IMG/VR virus record: IMGVR_UViG_3300000293_000037
From: a virus
Taxonomy: Duplodnaviria; Heunggongvirae; Uroviricota; Caudoviricetes
Length of the DNA stretch: 8,868 bases
Reading direction: 5' to 3' (one strand)
A program made the translations under genes and the position numbers. Below the pieces are notes generated by a model. It was not told the origin of the DNA. It saw nothing but the letters and a program-made list of their open reading frames with translations, and ran no database searches. This document shows positions 1 through 7,721 of this stretch, piece by piece (within the stretch, counting starts at the first letter, position 1; the number at the start of each line of letters is the position of its first letter).

Positions 1-1971
1 GGTCAGGCGAAGCAGGAAGCTCACGCCCTTCACCACCTTCGGCGTGTCCCAGCGCGCCAGCACCTGGTATTCCCCGCTGTCTGCGGTGACTTCTGCGGTC
101 AGATGCTGCACTGCTGGCGGCGTGACACCATTCACCGTGCCGCTCTGGTCGCCGTCAAAGTGCGCCCCGTTATCCACGATGGCCTCTTTTTCCGGTACAT
201 GCTGCACGGCGGTGATGGCATACGTGCCGTCATCGTTCTCACGGATACTCACGCAGCGGAACAGGCGCTGGCGCAGCGTCGGCAGCTTCAGCCCCCATAC
301 GCTGTATCCGGCAACGCCGTCAGGAACACGGCTCACTTTTACCTTCACGCCGTCGGTGACGGACTGGACCTCCACGCTGACCGGATTGCCACTTCCGTCA
401 ACCAGGCTTATCAGCGTGGTACCGGAGGATGGCAGCGTGATTTCACGGTCGAGCGTCAGCGTCCGGGTCTGGCTGTTCACCGCCAGCACGCGCCCGCCGA
501 TGCTGATACCGGCATAGTCATCATCGCAGATTTCAATGACATCGCCCGGTACATGGCGAAGCCCTTCAGCACCCACGCTGAAGTCCACGGTCTGCGTTTC
601 CAGCAGCTCCGTTTTAATCAGCCACAGCCCGGCGCGGTGTGCCTGCCCCCGGCTGGTACAGCCAAAGGCATCCATCTTCGTGACGTGACGACCGTAACGG
701 GCAATGGCCTGCGTATCCTCCACAAGCTCTGTCGCCGTCTCCCAGCCGTTGTTCGGGTCAATCCAGTTCACCTCAACGGCATTATGGCGGTCCTTCAGGG
801 CGCTGAAGCTGTAGCGGAACGGCGCGCCATCATCCGGCATCACCACATTACTGCGGTTATAGGTCCACACCTTATCTGATGGCCGGTCCTGCACGAACGT
901 CAGCGTCTGCCCGTTCCATACCGGCATACAGCGCATCGCCGAGCAGAAATCACTGAGAACATCCCACACCTTACGCTGTGTGGTCAGCCAGGCATTACAG
1001 GTGATGCGCGGCTCCGTGCCGCCAAAACCGTCCGGCACCGACTGGTCGCAACACTGGCCGATGACATACAGCGCCCATTTATCCACATCTGCCGCACCAA
1101 GACGTTTACCCATGCCGTAGCGCGGGTGGGTCAGCATATCCCACAGACACCAGGCCATGTTGTTGCTGTATGCTGGCTTAAACGTTCCGTCCCAGATACC
1201 GCTGTATTGCCGCGTCTGCGGGTTATAGTTCGACGGCACCTGCAGAATGCGTCCGCGAAGATGATAATTACGGCTCACCTGCTGGCTGCCGAACTGCTCC
1301 GAGTCCACCTGCACGCCGACCAGTGCCGTGTTCGGGTAGCACTGTTTCACATCGATGATTTCGGTGTATGACGACCAGAGCGTTTTGTTCTGCAGCTGGT
1401 CTGTGGTGCTGTCCGGCGTCATCCTGCGCATCCGGATATTAAACGGGCGCGGCGGCAGGTTATCCACCACCACCGAGGCCAGATACTGCGAGGTGGTTTT
1501 GCCCTTAATGGTGATGTCTTTTTCCGTCACCCAGCCACCATTACGCTGTATCTGAACCAGCAGGCGAACTTCCGACGGATTCCGGTCCCCCTTTGAGGTG
1601 GTTTCCACCAGTGCCTGCACACCGAAGGTAAAGCGCAGACGGTCGATGTTTGCAGACGTAATGGTGCGGGTGATCGGCGTGTCATATTTCACTTCCGTAC
1701 CCAGCACCGTCTCGGAGCCGGAGGATTCAAACCCCTCCGGCGGTGTCTGCTCCTGCTCACCGGCACGGAACACCACCGTGACACCGGAGATGTTGGTATT
1801 CCCCTCAGTGTCCAGCACCGGCGTACTGTTCAGCAGCACGCTTTTTAATCCATCCACCGGACCTTCAACCGGCCCTTCGCTGATGGCATCGATCACACTC
1901 AGCAACTGCGTGGACTTCAGGTTGTCCTTCGCTTCGCGCGGGGTATGCCCCTTACTGCTGCCTTTACCCAT
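1..1971 (-). CDS. J: Host specificity protein J (central tail fibre / tail tip), N-terminal 657 codons; 3' end lies beyond the window start
   Basis: Manual translation of the minus strand from ATG at 1971-1969 gives MGKGSSKGHTPREAKDNLKSTQLLSVIDAISEGP...GVSFLLRLT with no stop down to position 1. This matches lambda J as I recall it along the whole length. Not in the ORF track because no stop falls inside the window. Start sits 60 nt downstream of the I stop, preceded by GAGGA. Confidence 0.9.
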   Translation of the reverse strand, partial: MGKGSSKGHTPREAKDNLKSTQLLSVIDAISEGPVEGPVDGLKSVLLNSTPVLDTEGNTNISGVTVVFRAGEQEQTPPEGFESSGSETVLGTEVKYDTPITRTITSANIDRLRFTFGVQALVETTSKGDRNPSEVRLLVQIQRNGGWVTEKDITIKGKTTSQYLASVVVDNLPPRPFNIRMRRMTPDSTTDQLQNKTLWSSYTEIIDVKQCYPNTALVGVQVDSEQFGSQQVSRNYHLRGRILQVPSNYNPQTRQYSGIWDGTFKPAYSNNMAWCLWDMLTHPRYGMGKRLGAADVDKWALYVIGQCCDQSVPDGFGGTEPRITCNAWLTTQRKVWDVLSDFCSAMRCMPVWNGQTLTFVQDRPSDKVWTYNRSNVVMPDDGAPFRYSFSALKDRHNAVEVNWIDPNNGWETATELVEDTQAIARYGRHVTKMDAFGCTSRGQAHRAGLWLIKTELLETQTVDFSVGAEGLRHVPGDVIEICDDDYAGISIGGRVLAVNSQTRTLTLDREITLPSSGTTLISLVDGSGNPVSVEVQSVTDGVKVKVSRVPDGVAGYSVWGLKLPTLRQRLFRCVSIRENDDGTYAITAVQHVPEKEAIVDNGAHFDGDQSGTVNGVTPPAVQHLTAEVTADSGEYQVLARWDTPKVVKGVSFLLRLT

Positions 1972-1993
1972 TCCTCACGCTCCATAAACGACA

Positions 1994-2013
1994 AAACCGC
2001 CCGGAGGCGGTTT
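1994..2013 (-). terminator. Intergenic hairpin between I and J: 8-bp stem AAACCGCC / GGCGGTTT with 4-nt loop, followed on the minus strand by a T-rich stretch (TTTTGTCGTTTAT)
   Basis: Inverted repeat read directly from the sequence at 1994-2001 and 2006-2013. Terminator or attenuator function is inference. Confidence 0.3.
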
Positions 2014-2031
2014 CACATAAAACATTTTGCC

Positions 2032-2769
2032 TCAGCGACCAATCACCACAACCTGACCACCGTCCCCTTCGTCTGCCNNNNNNNNNNNNNNNNNNNNNNN
2101 NNNNNNNNNNNNNNNNNNNNNNNNNNNNNNNNNNNNNNNNNNNNNNNNNNNNNNNNNNNNNNNNNNNNNNNNNNNNNNNNGAGAAACCACACGTGATCCC
2201 ACGCGCATTTCACCGTACAGAACAGGCAGAACATTGCCCTGGGCAACCATGTTATCCAGTGACGAGAAATACGTGTTCTGCTTACCGTTATCCGTGCTGG
2301 TCGTTGTTGCGGTACTGGCTTTCGGTGCCAGCATCTGCGCCACACCGCCAAGGATCATACTGGCCCCCGCAGCATACATGCCCGATAAAGCCGCAGCTCC
2401 CAGCCAGCCTGCAGGGTTCCACCACGCCACTGCAATCAGCGCCGCACCCAGCACCGCCTGAAACACACCGCCACTTTTTGCTCCCGCAAGACGCGGAACG
2501 ATGTGGATCACGGCACCATTTTTCAGCGGCTCATTAAGACGGGCTGATAATTCGTTTTCGCCTGCATCACGCCCGGCAATGCGCACCTGATACCAGCCAT
2601 CGCTCAGTTTCTGACGAAACGCCGGGATCTGCATGGCCAGCGCCCGGATGGCTTCGGCCCCTGTTTTCACACGAAGGTCGATGCGGCGGCCAAATCGTTG
2701 CAAATCCCCGTAAAGGCAGATGCGTGCCATGCCCGGTGATGCCAGAGGGAGTGTGTGCGTCGCTGCCAT
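2032..2769 (-). CDS. I: Tail tip assembly protein I, interrupted by a 103-nt run of N
   Basis: ORF track 2032..2769 (-). N-terminus MAATHTLPLASPGMARICLYGDLQRFGRRIDLRV and C-terminus ADEGDGGQVVVIGR match lambda gpI as recalled. ATG at 2769-2767, stop TGA at 2034-2032. The frame is continuous across the N-run only if the gap is really 103 nt. Confidence 0.85.
   Translation of the reverse strand: MAATHTLPLASPGMARICLYGDLQRFGRRIDLRVKTGAEAIRALAMQIPAFRQKLSDGWYQVRIAGRDAGENELSARLNEPLKNGAVIHIVPRLAGAKSGGVFQAVLGAALIAVAWWNPAGWLGAAALSGMYAAGASMILGGVAQMLAPKASTATTTSTDNGKQNTYFSSLDNMVAQGNVLPVLYGEMRVGSRVVSXXXXXXXXXXXXXXXXXXXXXXXXXXXXXXXXXXXADEGDGGQVVVIGR
2078..2180. other. Run of 103 ambiguous bases (assembly gap or masked sequence) inside gene I
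   Basis: Literal n characters at 2078-2180. Confidence 0.99.
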
Positions 2770-3410
2770 TTGTCGGTATACCTCTCTCGTTTGCTCAGTT
2801 GTTCAGGAATATGGTGCAGCAGCTCGCCGTCGCCGCAGTAAATAGCGGCATGATTCGGCACCGATGAACCAAAACAGCACAGCAGCACATCGCCCGGCAG
2901 CGCCGCTGACAACGGCACCTGATACAGCCCCGTTGCCTCCATATTATCCAGATAGAGATTCTGACCGTGACGCCACCAGTCATCCTCACGATGAAAATCA
3001 GGCATCTCAATTCCCGCCAGATGGTAAGCATCCCGGAACAGCGTGTAACAGTCCGTCACCCCGTGCTCAAAGCGCCGCCCGGTAAGATGCGGCACACAGC
3101 GGAACTTGTGAATCGCCCCCCGGCAGACCAGCCACCACGGCAAATCACTCTGCACCTGCAGCCGCCGGTCAGCCTCACTCAGCCAGGGCAGAGCACCGGG
3201 GTGACTGTGGACCAGCGCCACAATCTCACCCTGCATTTCTGCCCGCAGCCAGTCCTCCGGAGCCATCCGGAAATACGCCTCCGGCTCACCGGAGATATTC
3301 ACGCAGGGAAAATATCTTTCCCCTTCCGGCGTTCTCACCACGAAGCCGCACGACTCCGCTGGCGCACATCGCCGGGCGTGCGCCAGAATCGCTGATTCGG
3401 TCTGTGTCAT
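2667..3410 (-). CDS. K: Tail tip assembly protein K, full-length 247-aa form with a JAB/MPN (JAMM) domain followed by an NlpC/P60-type cysteine peptidase domain
   Basis: ORF track 2667..3410 (-). JAMM motif HSHPGALPWLSEAD (HxH-x7-S-x2-D) at residues 69-82. Candidate NlpC/P60 residues: Cys in DCYTLF, His in NHAAIY and ELLHHIP. ATG at 3410 lies 5 nt after the L stop. The 3' end overlaps I by 103 nt. Confidence 0.9.
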   Translation of the reverse strand: MTQTESAILAHARRCAPAESCGFVVRTPEGERYFPCVNISGEPEAYFRMAPEDWLRAEMQGEIVALVHSHPGALPWLSEADRRLQVQSDLPWWLVCRGAIHKFRCVPHLTGRRFEHGVTDCYTLFRDAYHLAGIEMPDFHREDDWWRHGQNLYLDNMEATGLYQVPLSAALPGDVLLCCFGSSVPNHAAIYCGDGELLHHIPEQLSKRERYTDKWQRRTHSLWHHRAWHASAFTGICNDLAAASTFV

Positions 3411-3415
3411 GGGAT

Positions 3416-4114
3416 TTACTGCGAAAGTTTGTTAATGGAAAGGAAGCCGCCAAAGTTGCCGACGTTATTGCGAAACTTACAGCCACTCAGGCATTTGCTG
3501 CATTTATCCTTCGTGATATCGGACGTCGGCTGATCATATTCATCCGCGACCGCCGGACCGTGATAACTGCACTCATCACCGCGATAGGTCCAGGTGCAGG
3601 TATTAGCCAGCATGATGCGGCCCGGAAAAACAGCGCCGTCCGTTTCCGTCGGCGTGGACAGTACAAAGGAGGCACTGACCGCGCTCAGTTCGCTGCACTG
3701 CTCAATGCGCCAGCGGCTGATTACCTCCTGCTCCGGATCGGCGTCACTGTTTCCGTTGACGAAGTTCACCGCATCCAGAAAACGGGCGTAAACCTTACGC
3801 CTGACCACCGTTCCGCCGACCAGACTCTGCAGGTCTTCCGCCATCCCGGTGACCATGCCGTGCAGATTAGAGACTTTCAGCGTTGGCCTTGCACTGGCAC
3901 CTTTGCCGTTCATCTCAAATCCACTCCCCTGAATGGGATAGGCCTGATACTGCCGCCCCTGCCAGGTGACTGGTTCACCTTTTTCGTTCTGCTCATTACA
4001 GAAGAAATAACGATCTCCGCCGACCTCTGTCAGATCAATTTCCCAGAGCACGATCAGCGCGGATTGCTCCGTTTTAGTGCACTCATTGAGTGTTTCCTGC
4101 TGTATATCCTGCAT
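3416..4114 (-). CDS. L: Minor tail protein L (tail tip complex), 232 aa
   Basis: ORF track 3416..4114 (-). MQDIQQETLNECTKTEQSALIVLWEIDLTEVGGDRYFFCNEQNEKGEPVTWQGRQYQ... is near-identical to lambda gpL as recalled and the same length. Start ATG overlaps the M stop in an ATGA arrangement (4111-4114). Confidence 0.95.
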   Translation of the reverse strand: MQDIQQETLNECTKTEQSALIVLWEIDLTEVGGDRYFFCNEQNEKGEPVTWQGRQYQAYPIQGSGFEMNGKGASARPTLKVSNLHGMVTGMAEDLQSLVGGTVVRRKVYARFLDAVNFVNGNSDADPEQEVISRWRIEQCSELSAVSASFVLSTPTETDGAVFPGRIMLANTCTWTYRGDECSYHGPAVADEYDQPTSDITKDKCSKCLSGCKFRNNVGNFGGFLSINKLSQ

Positions 4115-4455
4115 CAGTGAGTGACCTCTTCAAAGGTACAGTTAAAATCGGTATACATGGCATTATCCGAAATGCTCCACTCCCTGCAGACAACCCGGAC
4201 AGTCCTGTTGTGTTTTGGCGGACGCCACAAAAAAGCACGAATCCCGGCATGACGGGATAAAAAACTGTCCAGCGCGGCACGGGAATATTCATCTGTGACA
4301 CGAAATACCGGTTTAAACGTTTTCAGATCCGCATTCAGACCACCAGCCCGTCGCTGTTCATATCCGTCACCAAACTTTACCGTAATAACTGATGGCTTTC
4401 GTGTCGTCTCCATCCCCTCACGGGGGATCCAGTTAAAAACTTCAGGCTCAGGCAC
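4114..4455 (-). CDS. M: Minor tail protein M; start uncertain (GTG 4455 preferred, ATG 4470 or TTG 4500 possible)
   Basis: ORF track 4114..4500 (-) begins at a TTG. The FNW...KFGDGYEQRRAGGLNADLKT core aligns with lambda gpM (FRW...RFGDGYSQ). GTG at 4455 has a GGAGGA Shine-Dalgarno 7 nt upstream and overlaps the H stop (GTGCCTGA). Lambda M is 109 aa. Confidence 0.85.
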   Translation of the reverse strand: MPEPEVFNWIPREGMETTRKPSVITVKFGDGYEQRRAGGLNADLKTFKPVFRVTDEYSRAALDSFLSRHAGIRAFLWRPPKHNRTVRVVCREWSISDNAMYTDFNCTFEEVTH

Positions 4456-7400
4456 TGTACAATCCTCCATCCCGACGCGATGACTGCATAATTGACACAA
4501 CCCTGCTGTCGATCAGATCCACCAGTCCCCTGGCTGAGCGCGCATCTATCTCGCCATTGCTCCCTTGATTCTGAATGCTGATGTGATACACGGGAGAATA
4601 AACAAACCCCCCGCCACTATTCACATTGCCAATGGCTCTGACCCCAAGAGAGCCGTCCGCTGCCCGTGTCAGTGGCATGATAGCTTCAGGCCCGGCCTCG
4701 CCCATCAGCCCGGCACCTTTCGCAAAAGCAAAATACGTCGGTGTATCCACAATAGTGTTACTGTAAGCACTCAGATTTGCCGATGTGTAAACACCACCTT
4801 TTGCGTTTGCCACCGCCCCCGAAATCCATCCGCCGACCGTACCAAGCCACCCTCCGGCACCGGAGAGTGACTTCAGTCCGTTAACAATGGCCGCATTCAT
4901 CAGAATTTTTGAAACTTCCTGGAGAATTGAACTCCCCCAGTTTCTCCAGTCCACAACATTTCCGGCCAGTGCATCGGAAATATTTGATACCAGTCCGTCC
5001 ATAGTGGAAACGACAGCATCTGCCGCCTGCGAAGCATAATCGGTGGCACTGTCTGCCCAGTTGGTCAGCCCCTCCTGGAGTCCTGCATTCCAGTTATTAC
5101 GTAAAGCATCGGCCTTTGCATAATAATTCTGCTGATCGCTGAGACGCTCTTCCAGATATTTTTTATTCAGTTCTTTCTCCTGTTTCCACAGGGCTTCTTC
5201 AATTTCTCCGGCCTGATACTGTCTCAGCAGCTCGTTATTTTTCTGCTCAAACTCATGCCGGATACTCCACATTTCCTGGAGTCGTTCACGCATCCGTGAG
5301 CCTTCACCATATCCCAGTAACTGCGCGTCGTTAGACGCCCGGGTACTGGCATTACTGTCCGCCAGGCTGCTTTCATACGCAGCAAGCTGCTCACGAATCT
5401 TTTTCTGGTCGATGAGTGCTGCATTCTGCAAAAGCGTTTTTTTCTGCGCTTCTGACAGGGTTGATAATTCGCCCTGACTGACCTGATATTTCATCTTAGC
5501 CAGTTCAGTATTCTGCCCTGCCAGTGCTATTTGTTCTTTTTGCTGTTTAATCAGCCGTTTATAAATATCTTCTGTTTTTTCCGCTTCGGTCTTTTTATGC
5601 GCTTTGGGTTTATTTGCCTGGTTATTTCGCCAGGCATCCAGTGAGTTATTGATATAATTCTGTCTGGCTGTCTGATACGCCTCTCCCACAAAGCCGAGAT
5701 CATCCGCAGCATAACCCAAGCGGGCACGCTCACGGGCTTCCCCCTTCAGGCGGGACAGAGCCAGTTCGCGCTCGCTGTTATTCAGTGCAGTCTGCTGTTT
5801 ATCATCCAGGGTTGCCTGTGGTAGCCGTAACGGTACATTCACCAGCCCCTGTCGCTGCTGAAGTAATTCATTACCGAGCCCGAGAAGGCGATTAAACTCG
5901 GTATGCTGCCCATTCATGATCAACAGGGACTGATACGCTTTGTTTTGTTCCGCGGCCTGTTGACGGATCAACGCCACCCGTCGCTCCTCCAGCCCGGCAA
6001 GTACATCCTGAATGGATTGCGCTTTGCCCTGCATTTGTGTGAGACGGGACTGTTCAACTGCCAGTTGATTTGTTGCTTCTGCAAGCCCTTCTGTGACAGT
6101 TTTTACCGACGTCATGTGGTTAATCATAAAACCGTTATCGGTTGTCCAGCCCGGGTTTGCCAGCACATACTGATAGCCAGCAATTTTTTCCTGTAAGGAT
6201 TTAATCTTACTTTTCTGCTCGTCAATTAACCTGTTTTGCTCATCAAGTGCCTGCCGCGTCTTTTCCTCATTATCTGACGCTTCAGGAAGCGACATTGCCG
6301 ACGTTTTCTGGCGAATTTCGTCGATTGTTGCGGCATACTGGCGTGCAGATTCTCTGGCCTGCTCCTGATTCTGATACATCGTGTACCAGGCCGTCGCCCC
6401 CAGCATGACGAGTCCCGGCACACCACCAACCAACCCCAGCGCACCACTTAACAGACGACTCCCCACTGACGTGACAGTATTCAGCGTTGTCTGTGCCGCT
6501 GTTCTGGCCGCAATATTACGGGTAAGTGACGCCTGAGCAGCTGTCAGCTTCGCTTCTGCTGCGGCCTGCCTTTCGGTACCGCGAGCAGCAACAACCGCCT
6601 GTTGCGCACGATAAACCGCCGCACGCGCCCTGGCGGTTGCTATCTGTGTCCCCCGAAGTTGCGCTTCAGCAAGAGCCACTTCGTTTCTGGCTGCAGTAAT
6701 TAATCCGGCAGTTGCAGATCCAGCAGAAGACGCCATATTGCCAAAATATCGGGCTACCCCGACGGCAACCAGAGCACCGGCAGCGGTTGCCACGGTGTCA
6801 ATATTGCCTGCAAGACCATTCAGCACCCCGGAGAGCGTCTTCGTCACTCCGCTTGCCTCGTTCGCACCACCAACCCAAGCCATAAAGGCGTTTTCAACTT
6901 TGGTTGCAGAGGATGAAACCGTATCAGGCATTGCTGCATATTCATCACGCAACGCCCCAAGCTGACTAATCAGTGCAGGAACAACCTTATCGGCGGTTAG
7001 TTTTCCGTTATCCGCCATGGCCTTCAGATCCTTACGGGCAACGCCCATTCCCGCAGCCAGCGCACGAATAACACGATCACCGCTCTCATTCACCGAGTTA
7101 AACTCTTCACCGCGCAGCACTCCCTGCGCCAGTGCCTGACTGAACTGCGTGATCACCGAACTGGCTTCTGCTGTACTGGCACCGGATAATTTCAGGCCCG
7201 TGGAGATCGCCTCGGTGACTTTCAGTACCTCCTCAGAACTGTAACCATACTCCCGCATGGAAGCTGCAGAACGGGCAAAAAGGCTGGCGTTATCAGAAAA
7301 CGCCGTCCCCGTTCTCTGGCTGATCGCCATTAATTCACGTTGTGATACCTGAAAATCATCACTGGACTGTGAGGCCTGCTTCAGACGGGCATTTACTGAA

Positions 7401-7681
7401 TTCCACTCATCGGCGAGAGAAATAAGATGACCGGTAGCAAAAGCCCCGGCAAATGCCCCCGCCATATTCAGTGCCGAAGATTTAGCTGTATTTATCTGAT
7501 CCGTCACTTCTGCCAGTGCACGCCGCATTTCACGGGATGCAGCAGCGGACTGCCGGCCTCCGTTCTGCATGGTACGGTAGTAATCCTGCCCCATACGCGA
7601 AGCCCGGGAGATCTCTGACTGGAATGACCGGGAATTTGCCGAGATTTTAATAATCAGTTCACGTAATGTCGCCACACTCAT
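4448..7681 (-). CDS. H: Tail tape measure protein, 1077 aa
   Basis: ORF track 4448..7681 (-). Long Ala/Gln/Glu/Lys-rich, largely coiled-coil-like protein. The C-terminal region (GGVYTSANLSAYSNTIVDTPTYFAFAKGAGLMGEAGPEAIMPLTRAADGSLGVRA) resembles the lambda gpH C-terminal domain as recalled. Sits immediately downstream of the G/G-T chaperone pair and upstream of M-L-K-I-J. Confidence 0.93.
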   Translation of the reverse strand: MSVATLRELIIKISANSRSFQSEISRASRMGQDYYRTMQNGGRQSAAASREMRRALAEVTDQINTAKSSALNMAGAFAGAFATGHLISLADEWNSVNARLKQASQSSDDFQVSQRELMAISQRTGTAFSDNASLFARSAASMREYGYSSEEVLKVTEAISTGLKLSGASTAEASSVITQFSQALAQGVLRGEEFNSVNESGDRVIRALAAGMGVARKDLKAMADNGKLTADKVVPALISQLGALRDEYAAMPDTVSSSATKVENAFMAWVGGANEASGVTKTLSGVLNGLAGNIDTVATAAGALVAVGVARYFGNMASSAGSATAGLITAARNEVALAEAQLRGTQIATARARAAVYRAQQAVVAARGTERQAAAEAKLTAAQASLTRNIAARTAAQTTLNTVTSVGSRLLSGALGLVGGVPGLVMLGATAWYTMYQNQEQARESARQYAATIDEIRQKTSAMSLPEASDNEEKTRQALDEQNRLIDEQKSKIKSLQEKIAGYQYVLANPGWTTDNGFMINHMTSVKTVTEGLAEATNQLAVEQSRLTQMQGKAQSIQDVLAGLEERRVALIRQQAAEQNKAYQSLLIMNGQHTEFNRLLGLGNELLQQRQGLVNVPLRLPQATLDDKQQTALNNSERELALSRLKGEARERARLGYAADDLGFVGEAYQTARQNYINNSLDAWRNNQANKPKAHKKTEAEKTEDIYKRLIKQQKEQIALAGQNTELAKMKYQVSQGELSTLSEAQKKTLLQNAALIDQKKIREQLAAYESSLADSNASTRASNDAQLLGYGEGSRMRERLQEMWSIRHEFEQKNNELLRQYQAGEIEEALWKQEKELNKKYLEERLSDQQNYYAKADALRNNWNAGLQEGLTNWADSATDYASQAADAVVSTMDGLVSNISDALAGNVVDWRNWGSSILQEVSKILMNAAIVNGLKSLSGAGGWLGTVGGWISGAVANAKGGVYTSANLSAYSNTIVDTPTYFAFAKGAGLMGEAGPEAIMPLTRAADGSLGVRAIGNVNSGGGFVYSPVYHISIQNQGSNGEIDARSARGLVDLIDSRVVSIMQSSRRDGGLYSA

Positions 7682-7691
7682 TCTCCGGACG

Positions 7692-7713
7692 AAAAAAAAC
7701 CGCCGAAGCGGTT
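7692..7713 (-). terminator. Intergenic hairpin plus U-tract between T and H: minus-strand AACCGC-TTCG-GCGGTT followed by T8
   Basis: Plus strand 7692-7713 is A8-CCGCCGAAGCGGTT. On the minus strand this is a 6-bp stem with a UUCG tetraloop followed by eight U. It sits in the 40-nt spacer between the T stop (7722) and the H ATG (7681). Function is inference. Confidence 0.3.
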
Positions 7714-7721
7714 ATGTTGAC

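Noticed and set aside
103-879. Plus-strand ORFs 44..517, 103..879, 1126..1371, 1355..1555 and 1598..1987 (up to 258 aa)
   Set aside because: All lie antisense to the J coding sequence, which translates into a lambda J-like protein along its whole length. They are shadow ORFs in GC-rich DNA with no recognisable protein features.
2043-2351. Minus-strand 102-aa ORF and plus-strand ORFs 1945..2196, 2193..2537 and 2234..2461 reading through or near the N-run
   Set aside because: They run through ambiguous bases or are alternative frames of gene I; there is no independent support.
2967-3395. Plus-strand ORFs 2864..3085 and 2967..3395, and minus-strand ORF 2795..3031
   Set aside because: They overlap K in other frames or on the other strand. 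The K frame carries the JAMM and NlpC/P60 motifs, so these are treated as spurious.
3404-4120. Plus-strand 238-aa ORF spanning almost exactly the same interval as L
   Set aside because: Antisense shadow of the strongly supported L gene (232 aa, near-identical to lambda gpL as recalled); the translation is low-complexity with no recognisable motifs.
4565-7618. Short ORFs inside or antisense to the tape measure gene (4565..4870 +, 5224..5424 -, 5551..5733 -, 5903..6196 +, 6226..6447 -, 6738..6965 +, 7427..7618 +), plus 4083..4301 (-) and 4295..4483 (+) overlapping M
   Set aside because: Alternative-frame or antisense ORFs within well-supported genes; several are Arg/Cys-rich junk translations typical of off-frame GC-rich sequence.
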